Shown piece after piece: positions 1-9,026 of a DNA stretch of 54,233 nt. This DNA comes from Acidimicrobiia bacterium (GTDB lineage: Bacteria; Actinomycetota; Acidimicrobiia; Spongiisociales; UBA11373), in the NCBI GenBank assembly GCA_040878325.1, contig JBBDMM010000015.1:1-54233 (forward strand), read 5' to 3'. A program made the translations under genes and the position numbers. Each line of letters starts with the position of its first letter. The first letter of the stretch is position 1. The notes beneath the pieces were generated by a model. That model made no database searches. It had not been told where the DNA came from and saw nothing but the letters and a program-made list of their open reading frames with translations.

Positions 1-48
<48 letters not shown>

Positions 49-65
49 ACGACTCGCTCGACGGT

Positions 66-452
66 CTAGGCGGCGGACTTGCCGCGGCCCTTGACGAGTC
101 CGACGATGCCGATCACGACACCGAGGAGCAGCAGCCACATGCCGATGCCGATGCTGCCAACACCGGCGTCTTCGATTGTCTCGCGGATGTCCAGGAAGTT
201 GATAATCGCGATTGCTGTCCAATTGGCGAGCACGGCCCACGCCAGCCACATCGGGTAGGGGCGACCGGTGAACGTGAGGAAACCGAGGACCATGAAGGCC
301 AATCCGGCGAAGAAAGTCATCCAGCCGTCCGTGAGATCTATGCCGGTTATCCCCGGGATCCCCGAAAGAAAGCCGGTTGCCCAAGGGAGCCACGAGCCAA
401 TCGCGGCCAGCCCTCCTGCCAGCATGATCATCACTCCTGCGTACCTGCTCAT
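66..452 (-). CDS. Small integral membrane protein, unknown function
   Basis: 128 aa with about 4 hydrophobic segments; 'GSWLPWA' and 'GIGMWL' patterns typical of small actinobacterial membrane proteins. Confidence 0.7.
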   Translation of the reverse strand: MSRYAGVMIMLAGGLAAIGSWLPWATGFLSGIPGITGIDLTDGWMTFFAGLAFMVLGFLTFTGRPYPMWLAWAVLANWTAIAIINFLDIRETIEDAGVGSIGIGMWLLLLGVVIGIVGLVKGRGKSAA

Positions 453-563
453 CGACGGTGCGAACCCTTCCCGAAGCCAAGTCGACGAAGCCGAGCATAG
501 GTCGTTGCTCCCAGAGGGGCGGTCCTAAACCCGAAGGCCTCAACCCGCTATCAGCGCCCGCCG

Positions 564-1424
564 ATGCCATCTCCAGTGATCGCTGTAGTCCACATCCACA
601 AGACCGCCGGAACCACGCTCGCCGGCGTCTTCAAGCGTTCGTTCGGTGGTCGGCACTGCGACGTCCGGCTCACCGATCCCGCCGCAGACCATCTGACGCC
701 CGATGGGCTGACGCAGCTCCGCCGGTGGTATCCCCGGCTCGAGAGCATCCTCGGTCATCCGGTGCGCGCCTACGCCGGGCTGGAAGAGGTGGCGGGGGAG
801 ATCCGATATGTCTCGTTCTTGCGTGACCCGATCGTCCGCACCGCCTCTCACTATCAATACGACGTCCAGCGTGGTGGCGTCGACCTTCCCTTCGAGGATT
901 GGATCACTCACGACGCGGTGCGCGACCGGCAGACCCGGATTCTGGCGGGGCCCGATGGGACCGCCGCCGAGGCCGTCGGCCACCTCGACCGTTTCGCGTT
1001 CGTAGGACGGGCCGACCGGTTCGACGAGTCGCTGGTGATGTTGAAGCGCTTCGTAGGGATGCCCGATGTCACGTACGCATCGAAGTGGGTGGCGCCGACC
1101 GACGACATCAAGAAGCGGCTACTGGCCGATCCCGAGGCAGTTGCCAGGATCGCCGCGGTGAACCAGGCCGATCTCGAGGTCTGGGATCACCTGATCCACG
1201 AGATCTATCCGAAGCAGGTGACGCGGTACGGGCCGGGCATCGCACGGGATACGGCCGCGCTCGAGAAGGCGAACTCCCGTATGACAGTTCGTCGGATGTA
1301 CGCCCATCCCCGCTACGCCTGGTACGTCGCCAAGTGGCGGTGGGGCTACTCACCCTGGGTGAGTCGACAGCGCGCCGCTCTCGGTGAGTCCACCCCTGCG
1401 GAAACTCAGCCCACCGAGCGCTAG
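564..1424 (+). CDS. Sulfotransferase family protein
   Basis: PAPS-binding-like HIHKTAGTT motif and FLRDP..R..SHY motif. Confidence 0.85.
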   Translation: MPSPVIAVVHIHKTAGTTLAGVFKRSFGGRHCDVRLTDPAADHLTPDGLTQLRRWYPRLESILGHPVRAYAGLEEVAGEIRYVSFLRDPIVRTASHYQYDVQRGGVDLPFEDWITHDAVRDRQTRILAGPDGTAAEAVGHLDRFAFVGRADRFDESLVMLKRFVGMPDVTYASKWVAPTDDIKKRLLADPEAVARIAAVNQADLEVWDHLIHEIYPKQVTRYGPGIARDTAALEKANSRMTVRRMYAHPRYAWYVAKWRWGYSPWVSRQRAALGESTPAETQPTER

Positions 1425-1470
1425 GCCGGCTCAAGAGAGGATGGGAGCCGGAACCGGGCGGCTTTCGGGG

Positions 1471-1546
1471 TGGTGGGTCGGGTGGGAATCGAACCCACAA
1501 CCTTCGGGTTAAAAGCCCGCTGCTCTGCCAATTGAGCTACCGACCC
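1471..1546 (-). tRNA. tRNA-Lys (anticodon TTT)
   Basis: Minus strand reads GGGTCGGTAGCTCAATTGGCAGAGCAGCGGGC-TTTTAA-CCCGAAGGTTGTGGGTTCGATTCCCACCCGACCCACCA: 76 nt, cloverleaf, TTC T-loop, encoded CCA. Confidence 0.97.
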
Positions 1547-1623
1547 GCCGCGAAGGTAGCACCACCCCCGCCCGGCCTCGCTGCCCCGCGAGCAGAGGAG
1601 GACAGAAGGGGGAACGGCCTTTA

Positions 1624-1674
1624 TCTTGCGGGAGGCGGGTGGCCCTCCTGCTGGAGACTGGCGACTGGAGACTG
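1624..1674. repeat. Intergenic heptamer repeats with TCTTGC end motif
   Basis: tcttgcgggaggcgggtggc followed by ctggaga-ctggcga-ctggaga-ctg immediately before the ATG at 1678. Confidence 0.7.
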
Positions 1675-1677
1675 AAA

Positions 1678-3486
1678 ATGATCGCGTTTGGTGTTTCCGG
1701 GCTCCCACCCGAAGACGGGGACGACGCGGCGTTTCTCGACGGCCTGGCCGCCCGGGGGCACCGCGCGTATGAGTTCGCCTTCGTGAAGGGCTTCCCGTGG
1801 AAGGAGAAGCGGTGCGCTGCCTTCGGGGCACTCGCCGCCGAGCGCGGCATCGCCATCTCGATCCACGCCCCCTACTTCGCCATCCTCACCTCCGACGACC
1901 CCGAGAAGGCGAAGCTCACCCGCTCGGCGCTCGAGCACACCATGAAACTGGGAGCGGCCTTCGGCAGCCGGGTGATCGTGGCGCACACCGGCTACACCAA
2001 GGGTCGGCCACCCGACGAGCTGCACGCCTTGGCGGCTAAGAGCCTCGAGGTGATCGAGCCCAAGGTGCGCCATCTGGGGGTGGCCCTCGGCCTGGAGGTC
2101 GGCGGGTCCGATCGTGCCTTCGGAACCCTCGGCGACATCGCCCTCATCGCCGGGAACTTTCCCTTCGTCCACCCGGTGGTCGATTGGGCTCACCTTCATG
2201 CCATGTCGCGGGGGGCCTTGACCAGCAAGGAGGCCTTTCTCGGAGTTTTCGCATTCCTGCGCGACAACTTCCCGGGCTGGTCGCTCGATCCGCTCCATTG
2301 CCAGTTCACCGACAACGAATTCGGGCACGCCGGGGAGATCCGCCACCTTCCGTACGGCGAAGGGTCGTTGCGGGTGACCCCGCTGGTCGAAGCGGCAGTC
2401 GAAGCAGGGATGCGGATGACCCTTATCTCCGAGGCCAGGGAGGGGTCGAGCCATGAGGCGATCCAGGCGGAGTTGGAGCAGGCGCGGTCGGCAACGCGGT
2501 CGCCGGCGCAGAACGATGACGACACCCGCTCACTCGCCTCGGGGTCCGTGCCCTTCCCCGCTGGGGTCCAGGTCCGTGCCGAAGCCGACGGATGGATTCC
2601 AGTCGGCCGGGATCGCCAGGTGCGCCTCACCAACATCGACAAGCCGTTCTTTCCCGACGGCTATACGAAAGGTGATTTGATCGCCTATTACGCGGCGATC
2701 GCCCCACTGCTGCTGCCCCATTTGCGTGACAGGGCGATCGTGCTGGCCCGGTTCCCCGACGGGGCCGACGGCGACTGGTTCTATGAGAAGCGGGCACCAT
2801 CACACGCGCCGGAATGGCTGCCGACGGCGCCGCTGTGGTCCGGCCACAAGGGGGAGGACATCGACTTCGTGACCGCACCCGACGTCGAGTCGTTGATGTG
2901 GATCGCCAACCTCGGTGCCATCGAGATCCACCCCTGGTTGAGTCGGATCCTCACTTCGACGGAGCCCGATTTCGCCATCTTCGACCTCGACCCGGCCGAG
3001 GGCGCCGAATGGGACCAGGTGGTCACTGTGGCCAAGGTGATCCGGGTTGCGCTCGAGCGCCTCGGGCTCGCCGGCTACCCCAAGACCTCGGGTGCCACCG
3101 GCCTCCACATCTACGTGCCGCTCGATCCAGTGCACCCCTACGAGCGGGTACGGAAGTTCATCGAGACGGTGGGTCGTCTCGTCGTCGGCGCGGACCCGAG
3201 CCTGGCGACGATGGAGTGGGACATTCCCAAGCGCAAGGGCAAGGTGTTCATCGACCACAACCAGAACGTCGGCGGCAAGACGATTGCCTCGGTGTATTCG
3301 GTGCGCCCCCGCCCCGGTGCACCCGTGTCGACCCCCATTCTGTGGGACGAGGTCGGCGCAGTGAATCCATCGGACTTCACCATCGCCAGCATCTGGGACC
3401 GCGTCGCCCGCCACGGCGACCTCTTCGCGCCGGTCCTGAGAGGCGGGCAGACGCTAGATCGCGCGGAGAGCACACTCGGGAACTAG
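1678..3486 (+). CDS. Fusion: endonuclease IV-like (AP endonuclease family 2 TIM barrel) + LigD/Prim-PolC-type AEP primase-polymerase
   Basis: N-half has HAPY, VAHTG, GLE, DWAHLHA, GEIRH, ISE (Nfo metal ligands). C-half has LTNIDKPFFP..TKGDLIAYY, IFDLDP, KTSG..GLH, FIDHNQN, SVRPRPGAPVSTP. One uninterrupted frame. Confidence 0.9.
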   Translation: MIAFGVSGLPPEDGDDAAFLDGLAARGHRAYEFAFVKGFPWKEKRCAAFGALAAERGIAISIHAPYFAILTSDDPEKAKLTRSALEHTMKLGAAFGSRVIVAHTGYTKGRPPDELHALAAKSLEVIEPKVRHLGVALGLEVGGSDRAFGTLGDIALIAGNFPFVHPVVDWAHLHAMSRGALTSKEAFLGVFAFLRDNFPGWSLDPLHCQFTDNEFGHAGEIRHLPYGEGSLRVTPLVEAAVEAGMRMTLISEAREGSSHEAIQAELEQARSATRSPAQNDDDTRSLASGSVPFPAGVQVRAEADGWIPVGRDRQVRLTNIDKPFFPDGYTKGDLIAYYAAIAPLLLPHLRDRAIVLARFPDGADGDWFYEKRAPSHAPEWLPTAPLWSGHKGEDIDFVTAPDVESLMWIANLGAIEIHPWLSRILTSTEPDFAIFDLDPAEGAEWDQVVTVAKVIRVALERLGLAGYPKTSGATGLHIYVPLDPVHPYERVRKFIETVGRLVVGADPSLATMEWDIPKRKGKVFIDHNQNVGGKTIASVYSVRPRPGAPVSTPILWDEVGAVNPSDFTIASIWDRVARHGDLFAPVLRGGQTLDRAESTLGN

Positions 3487-3502
3487 ACATCATGTCGGCC
3501 TC

Positions 3503-3596
3503 GGTTCTGCGATGCGCAATGTGCAATGCGCAATGCGCGACGCGTCTAGGTCCTCGTTGGCTCCAACGCGCTGCTCATTGCTGATTGCGCATCGCG
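3503..3596. repeat. Inverted heptamer-repeat hairpin element (GCGCAAT/ATTGCGC family)
   Basis: ggttctgcgatgcgcaatgtgcaatgcgcaatgcgcg ... cattgctgattgcgcatcgcg between convergent genes. Confidence 0.8.
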
Positions 3597-3616
3597 GGCC
3601 GGGGCGCAGCCCCGGC

Positions 3617-4465
3617 CTAGTACGGAAGCACCTCGCCTGGTTCGTCTCCGGTGACAAATGGCATCTCGGCGCTGCTCCAGTCGCTCCAGGAGCCGGGGTA
3701 CAGGATCGGCTCGCCGAGGCCGGCCACGACCATCGCCAGGGCGGCGTGGCAGGCGGTGACGCCGCTGCCGCAGTAGACGACGGTGTCGTCGCCGTGGGCA
3801 CCCACTGCGCGGTAGCGGGCGGAGAGCATCCGGAATGGAAGAAACCGACCTTCCGTGTCGATGTTCTCCTCGTAGGGGATGTTGACGGCCGTGGGGATAT
3901 GGCCGCCGATCGGGTCGATGGGTTCCTGGTCGCCGCGGTACCGCTCGGCCGAGCGGGAGTCGATGAGCGTCAGCTCCCCGAGACTCTCCGCCAGGGCCTC
4001 ACGGTCGATGGTGCGGGTGGTGGCGGGGCGCACCGTCATGGTCGCCACGGGCCGTGCGGCGGTCGCCGACTCCAGCGCGTGGCCGGCTGCCACCCAGGCA
4101 GGCAGTCCGCCGTCGAGCACCCGGACCCGGTCGTGCCCGATGTCGCGGAGCATCCACCAGAGTCGGGCGGCGATTGCCCCGCCACGGTCGTCGTAGGCCA
4201 CGATCAGGTCGTCGTTGCCGAATCCAAGTGATCCCATCGTCGCGGCGAAGTCGCTTCGGGTGGGGAGAGGATGGCGGCCGGCGCCGATGGGGCCGCTGAG
4301 CTGGGTCTCGAGGTGCAGGTACACGGCTCCGGGAATGTGCCCCTCGGCATAGGCGGCGAGACCCTGCTCTGGCTCCGCGAGGTACCAACGGGTGTCGGCG
4401 ACCTTGGCGTCGCCAGTTGCCAGCAACCCCGCGAGCTCATCCACCGAGATCAGCGGATCGGTCAC
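3617..4465 (-). CDS. Two-domain rhodanese / 3-mercaptopyruvate sulfurtransferase (SseA-like)
   Basis: GHIPGA, GRHPLP, RLWWML, YCGSGVTAC, YPGSWSDW motifs; GTG start overlaps the upstream TGA (GTGA). Confidence 0.9.
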   Translation of the reverse strand: MTDPLISVDELAGLLATGDAKVADTRWYLAEPEQGLAAYAEGHIPGAVYLHLETQLSGPIGAGRHPLPTRSDFAATMGSLGFGNDDLIVAYDDRGGAIAARLWWMLRDIGHDRVRVLDGGLPAWVAAGHALESATAARPVATMTVRPATTRTIDREALAESLGELTLIDSRSAERYRGDQEPIDPIGGHIPTAVNIPYEENIDTEGRFLPFRMLSARYRAVGAHGDDTVVYCGSGVTACHAALAMVVAGLGEPILYPGSWSDWSSAEMPFVTGDEPGEVLPY

Positions 4466-4980
4466 GGCACCTTCGGCCGAGGCTTCGGCTTGAGGACCCG
4501 GGCGGCGGCGGCGGCCTCCCATGGCCTGGCGATGACGTGCCAAGAGAGGATCAGCGCGTGTACCGGCACCGCCACGTCGGTGTGCACGTCGACCCGGTTG
4601 TAGGTCAGGGCTGTGCCGGCGAGGCGGCCGACCGGATGTCCCCCGATTCGCAGCGTCCATCGGCGGGGGGTCGGGTCCGAGGTGAGTTCGTAGCCGAAGG
4701 TGGTACCGGTCACCTCCCAACGCCGCCCCCACCACGACTGGCGTTCGATCCTGGCCTTCTCGGAATCGCCCACCGCCACAACCGTGCCCCAGCCGTCGGG
4801 CTTCAGCTCGAGTTTGCGGCCATCCGGGAGCCACACCAGCGAAGTGTGTGTGGACGGGACCCGGCGCATTCGTGCGACGACCCCGTCGGGGCCGATCAGC
4901 TCCCAGTCATTGGACAGGAATCGGCTGACGAACTGGTGCTCCCCGACCAGGGCGGAGCGGAATTGCCGTTTGGAGGTCAC
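4462..4980 (-). CDS. Hypothetical protein
   Basis: 172 aa ORF packed between neighbours with a 4-bp overlap; no recognised motif. Confidence 0.65.
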   Translation of the reverse strand: MTSKRQFRSALVGEHQFVSRFLSNDWELIGPDGVVARMRRVPSTHTSLVWLPDGRKLELKPDGWGTVVAVGDSEKARIERQSWWGRRWEVTGTTFGYELTSDPTPRRWTLRIGGHPVGRLAGTALTYNRVDVHTDVAVPVHALILSWHVIARPWEAAAAARVLKPKPRPKVP

Positions 4981-4989
4981 CGGGAGAGG

Positions 4990-5406
4990 CTACCGGCCCG
5001 GCTCCTCCACGGATCGCGGGGCGTTGGGTATTCGGAGCACGAAGCCGATGGCCCAGATACCGATGGCGGCGACGAGGAGCCGCAATGCCATCGGTCCCAG
5101 CACCCACCCGACGCTGTAGGTGAACGCCGCCGTCATAGCCAGAACCGCGACCACCTTGGTCCGCACCGGGATCCCCCGGCCGCTCTGGAAGTCGCTGATG
5201 AACCGGCCGAAACGCTGATGGTTGACGAGCCAGTCGTGCAACCGATCCGAGGACCGGGCGAAGAAGAAGGCGGCGAGCAGAAGCGGGCCCGTCGTAGGTA
5301 TCAAGGGAAGAAAGACGCCCACGATGCCGATGCCGACGAAGAGCAGACCGAGTACGAGGTAGAGGGCGCGCAACGCCGGTCCCCGCGGATGAAGGCCAGC
5401 AGCCAT
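4990..5406 (-). CDS. YbaN/DUF454 family membrane protein
   Basis: GIVGVFLPLIPTTGPLLLAAFFFARSS..LHDWL..H..FG signature; start placed at ATG 5406. Confidence 0.88.
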   Translation of the reverse strand: MAAGLHPRGPALRALYLVLGLLFVGIGIVGVFLPLIPTTGPLLLAAFFFARSSDRLHDWLVNHQRFGRFISDFQSGRGIPVRTKVVAVLAMTAAFTYSVGWVLGPMALRLLVAAIGIWAIGFVLRIPNAPRSVEEPGR

Positions 5407-5462
5407 GGTCTCCTGCACACCCCGACAGTATCGAACGGGTTTTCGACGGCGAGTCGGGGGAG

Positions 5463-5504
5463 GGCCTCGCTGCACTCGGCCTGCGATGGGCGATTGGCGA
5501 TTGG
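5463..5504 (+). repeat. 19-bp GGCC-capped motif + GCGATTG heptamers
   Basis: GGCCTCGCTGCACTCGGCC then gcgatgg-gcgattg-gcgattg. Confidence 0.75.
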
Positions 5505-5601
5505 TAAGAGGGCACACTGCGTCGTGTCGACGGGAAAGTGGGCGGCAGGCCTTCCGGCCGGAGCCGGGGCTGGAGCGCTTGTAGTCGAATAGCCTGGTGC
5601 G

Positions 5602-6474
5602 ATGAAGAGGCTTCATCTGCTCGATGGAACCTACGAGCTGTTCCGGTCTCACTTTGGGGCACCGTCGCGGTTGTCGCCCGACGGGAGCGAGATCGGGGCC
5701 GTTCATGGGATCGTCGCGTCGACACTCAACCTGCTGCAGGAAGATGGGGTGACCCATCTCGGGGCTGCGTTCGATACGGTCATTCGGTCGTTTCGCAACG
5801 ACCTGTACCACGGCTACAAGACCGAGGTGGGGGTTCCCCCGGAGTTGCTGGCACAGTTCCCGATCGCTGAAGACGCGCTCGACGCAATCGGTGTGACTGT
5901 GTGGCGGATGCGCGAGTACGAGGCGGATGATGCGATTGCGTCGGCGGTCGTCAGGTACGGCGGCGATTTCGAGCAGGTGGTGATCCTGTCCCCTGACAAG
6001 GATCTCCGCCAATGTGTCGACGGCCAGCGGGTGGTGGGCTTCGATCGCCGTCAGGGGATCTTCATCGACGAAGCGGGGGTCGTCGAGAAGTTCGGCGTAT
6101 CGCCCGCGTCGATCCCCGACTACCTCGGCCTGGTGGGCGACAGCGCCGATGGATTCCCGGGCGTCCCTGGATGGGGAGCCAAATCGGCCTCGGTGGTGCT
6201 GGCCGAGTACCGGCACATCGAGAACATTCCGCTCGAAGTCGGTCTGTGGTCGGTGTCGGTCCGGGGAGCGCTACGGCTGGTGGAGTCGTTGCGGGAGCAC
6301 ATGGGCGACGCGCTCCTCTTCAGGTTTCTCGCTCGACTTCGACCCGACGTGCCGCTCACCGAGACCACCGAGGATCTCCGCTGGAAGGGCGTGCCCCGGA
6401 AGCGATTCACCGACTTCTGCGACCGGTACGGATTCGACACCATTCGCGACCGCCCGCGGGTGTGGGCGGATTAG
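5602..6474 (+). CDS. Stand-alone 5'-3' exonuclease / flap endonuclease (PolA N-terminal-like)
   Basis: LLDG, FRNDLY.GYK, YEADD, SPDKD, LVGDSADGFPGVPGWGAKSA (H3TH) motifs. Confidence 0.92.
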   Translation: MKRLHLLDGTYELFRSHFGAPSRLSPDGSEIGAVHGIVASTLNLLQEDGVTHLGAAFDTVIRSFRNDLYHGYKTEVGVPPELLAQFPIAEDALDAIGVTVWRMREYEADDAIASAVVRYGGDFEQVVILSPDKDLRQCVDGQRVVGFDRRQGIFIDEAGVVEKFGVSPASIPDYLGLVGDSADGFPGVPGWGAKSASVVLAEYRHIENIPLEVGLWSVSVRGALRLVESLREHMGDALLFRFLARLRPDVPLTETTEDLRWKGVPRKRFTDFCDRYGFDTIRDRPRVWAD

Positions 6475-6547
6475 CGACGGTGCGCTCGAAGATCAGGCGC
6501 TTCTCGCCCCGGTAGCCTGAATGCGAGTCACGAGAGATCGGATAGGC

Positions 6548-7510
6548 ATGCAGTTTGGTGCGTTCGTCCCGCAGGGTTGGAAGATGGACCTGGTCGGGAT
6601 CCCGGAGCCGGAACAGTGGCCGACGATGCTCGCTGTAGCGCGCCGCATCGAAGACCGCGGGTACGACACGGTGTGGGTGTACGACCACTTTCACACCGTG
6701 CCGGAGGCTTCCCAGGAACCCACTTTCGAGTGCTGGACCGTCATGGCCGCCCTCGCTGCCGTCACCCAGCGGGTGCGCCTCGGCCAGATGTGCACCTGCA
6801 ACTCCTACCGCCAACCGTCTTACATGGCCAAGGTGGCCAGCACCGTCGATGTGATCTCGGGTGGTCGCCTCGAGTTCGCCATCGGAGCGGGTTGGTACGA
6901 AGAGGAGTATCTGGCATACGGATACGAGTTCCCCAAAGGCTCCACCCGGATCCGGCAGCTGGATGAAGCGGTGCAGATCATCAAGAAGATGTGGACCGAA
7001 GACCAGGCGACATTCGACGGCAAGCACTACTCGATCAAGGGGGCGATCAACCGGCCGCGGCCGCTGCAGCGCCCCTACCCGCCGCTGTGGATCGCGGGGA
7101 GCGGTCCCGAAATGACCTTGAAGGTGGTCGCCAAGCACGCCGACTACGCCAACTATGCCGGCTCGATCGAGCGCTTCCGTGAGAACGGCGTGATCCTCGA
7201 TGCCCATTGCGCGAAGATCGGCCGTGACCCGGCGGAGATCGGGCGGACCACCCACCTGGAGATAATGGTCGCCAAAGACGAGGCCTCTCTCAAGAAGGCG
7301 GCGGTACGGGCCGCCGAGCAGCGCGGCCGCCCGGTCGATAAGTGGCTCGAGTCCACTCTTACCCTCGCCGGGACCACCCAGCAGGTGGTCGAGGCCCTGG
7401 GCGAGTTCAAAGACGAGGGCTGCGCCCACGTGATCGGGTACTTCCCCGACGCGGCCTGGGGCGACTCGATCGAGCTGTTCGCCACCGAGGTGATGCCAGC
7501 CCTCAAGTAG
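6548..7510 (+). CDS. LLM-class (probably F420-dependent) oxidoreductase
   Basis: VWVYDHFHTVP, LGQMCTCNSYRQP, GRLEFAIGAGWYEEEY, WIAGSG motifs. Confidence 0.9.
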   Translation: MQFGAFVPQGWKMDLVGIPEPEQWPTMLAVARRIEDRGYDTVWVYDHFHTVPEASQEPTFECWTVMAALAAVTQRVRLGQMCTCNSYRQPSYMAKVASTVDVISGGRLEFAIGAGWYEEEYLAYGYEFPKGSTRIRQLDEAVQIIKKMWTEDQATFDGKHYSIKGAINRPRPLQRPYPPLWIAGSGPEMTLKVVAKHADYANYAGSIERFRENGVILDAHCAKIGRDPAEIGRTTHLEIMVAKDEASLKKAAVRAAEQRGRPVDKWLESTLTLAGTTQQVVEALGEFKDEGCAHVIGYFPDAAWGDSIELFATEVMPALK

Positions 7511-7693
7511 CAAGAGTCAAGAGTCTCGGCTGTAGGTACTTGTCTTTGGCCCTTGACTCTTGACTCCAGCTCCGGCCACGGCCCCAGCCGGACACTCGGT
7601 CGCTGGAGTGAAGTCTTCTCTGGCTGGGGCTGGGGCTGAAGCCGGAGCGAAGTCTTCTTGGCTGAAGCCGGAGCCGCCGAGCGAAGCGAGGCT
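7510..7693. repeat. Complex repeat tract: inverted CAAGAGT/ACTCTTG heptamers, CCCCAG/CTGGGG hexamers, duplicated ggctgaagccggagc, reverse copy of 19-bp motif
   Basis: caagagtcaagagtc ... cttgactcttgactc; ggctggggctggggctg; cgccgagcgaagcgaggct at 7675-7693. Confidence 0.75.
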
Positions 7694-7739
7694 CGTTAGT
7701 CTCACCCCCCGTGTCGGCCCTTTGCCTGCGCCGGCGTTC

Positions 7740-8243
7740 ATGATCGGCAAGATCGGCTCCGGCATTTGGATCGCGTTCCTGGCATCGACCCTGATGCTCG
7801 CGGTGGGCGTGGTGGTCTACGACGTGTCGATCGACTTGGAACGGTTGCCGGCGGCCCTCATCACCTTCCTGTTAGGTGCCGGCTCGTTCGCCGGCCTCGG
7901 GTTGGCCCTCGGATCACTAGCTCCAACCGGCGAGAGCTCGCCCGCCATCGCCAACGCGACCTACCTTCCGCTGGCGTTTGCATCCGACGTGTTCATTGCC
8001 GTGGGTGATCCCCCCGCGGTGCTCGAGTTCATCGGGAAGGTGTTTCCACTCAAACACTTCGTGAACGCGTTTCAGGATGCCTTCAACCCACTCACCGCCG
8101 ATTTGGCGTTTCGTCCTGGCAGTTGGGCGGTGATGGCAGCCTGGGGCATCTTCGGTGCCTTGATCGCCTGGCGATTCTTTAGGTGGCAGCCTCGTCATCG
8201 AACCAGGAAAAGCCGCCGCGAACGGCGCGCCGAGGCCGGCTGA
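7740..8243 (+). pseudogene. 5'-truncated ABC-2 type transporter permease (C-terminal part)
   Basis: LGLALGSL, LPLAFASDVF, FPLKHF, WRFFRW are typical ABC-2 permease C-half features. Preceded by 'PLPAPAF' (like the 'TPL' loop), but the N-terminal helices and a cognate ATPase are missing. Confidence 0.55.
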
Positions 8244-8291
8244 TCCGTTTGCGCCCGGTCCTACTCTTTCGGTTCACCTGAGGAGGTGCCT

Positions 8292-9020
8292 ATGGGCGGT
8301 GAATCAGCAGCCCGGGTCGAGAATGCCACCAAGATCTACGGCGAGGGTGATACCCGCGTCGTCGCGCTCGACGGCATCGCGGTTTCCTTCGAGCGGGGCC
8401 GCTTCACCGCGATCATGGGCGCCTCAGGCTCGGGCAAATCGACGCTGCTGCACTGTCTGGCGGGCCTCGACGACCTGACATCAGGCTCGGTCTTCATCGG
8501 CGACACGTCCCTCGGCGACCTCTCCGAGCGTGAGCTGACCCTGATTCGCCGCGAGCGGGTGGGGTTCATCTTTCAGTCCTTCAACCTCATCCCCACCCTC
8601 GACGCCGGGGAGAACATCACCCTCCCGGTGGCGATCGCCGGGGGCACCCCCGATGTCGCCTGGTACGACACGGTGGTCACCACGATGGGGCTCGGTGATC
8701 GACTCAAGCATCGCCCCAGCGAGCTCTCCGGGGGCCAGCAACAGCGAGTGGCCGCGGCCCGGGCACTGGTGTCCCGCCCCGAGATCGTTTTCGCCGACGA
8801 GCCGTCGGGGAACCTGGACTCGAAGTCGGGTGACGAACTGCTCGGCTTGTTGCGCCGGGCGGCGGACGAGTTCGGCCAGACCATCGTGATGGTTACTCAC
8901 GATCCGCGGGCGGCCGCCTGGGCCGACCGGGTGGTCTTCCTCGCCGACGGCCAGGTTGTGGGCGAACTCCACGATCCGACCGCCGAGCAGATCCTCGAGT
9001 TCCTCAAGGGCATGGGCTAG
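8292..9020 (+). CDS. ABC transporter ATP-binding protein (LolD/MacB-type)
   Basis: Walker A GASGSGKST, LSGGQQQR, ADEPSGNLD, VTHD; GAGGAGG RBS upstream. Confidence 0.95.
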   Translation: MGGESAARVENATKIYGEGDTRVVALDGIAVSFERGRFTAIMGASGSGKSTLLHCLAGLDDLTSGSVFIGDTSLGDLSERELTLIRRERVGFIFQSFNLIPTLDAGENITLPVAIAGGTPDVAWYDTVVTTMGLGDRLKHRPSELSGGQQQRVAAARALVSRPEIVFADEPSGNLDSKSGDELLGLLRRAADEFGQTIVMVTHDPRAAAWADRVVFLADGQVVGELHDPTAEQILEFLKGMG

Positions 9021-9026
9021 GCCCCA

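Noticed and set aside
1424..1546. tRNA-Lys as the integration site of a genomic island
   Set aside because: No integrase and no duplicated tRNA 3' end seen in the window.
1678..3486. Calling this gene ligD / an NHEJ locus
   Set aside because: No ligase or phosphoesterase domain, and no ku in the window.
5431..5446. LexA-box-like TCGAACgggtTTTCGA upstream of the 5'-3' exonuclease
   Set aside because: There is a mismatch in the core GTTC, it lies ~155 bp from the start, and I noticed no matching boxes at the other repair genes.
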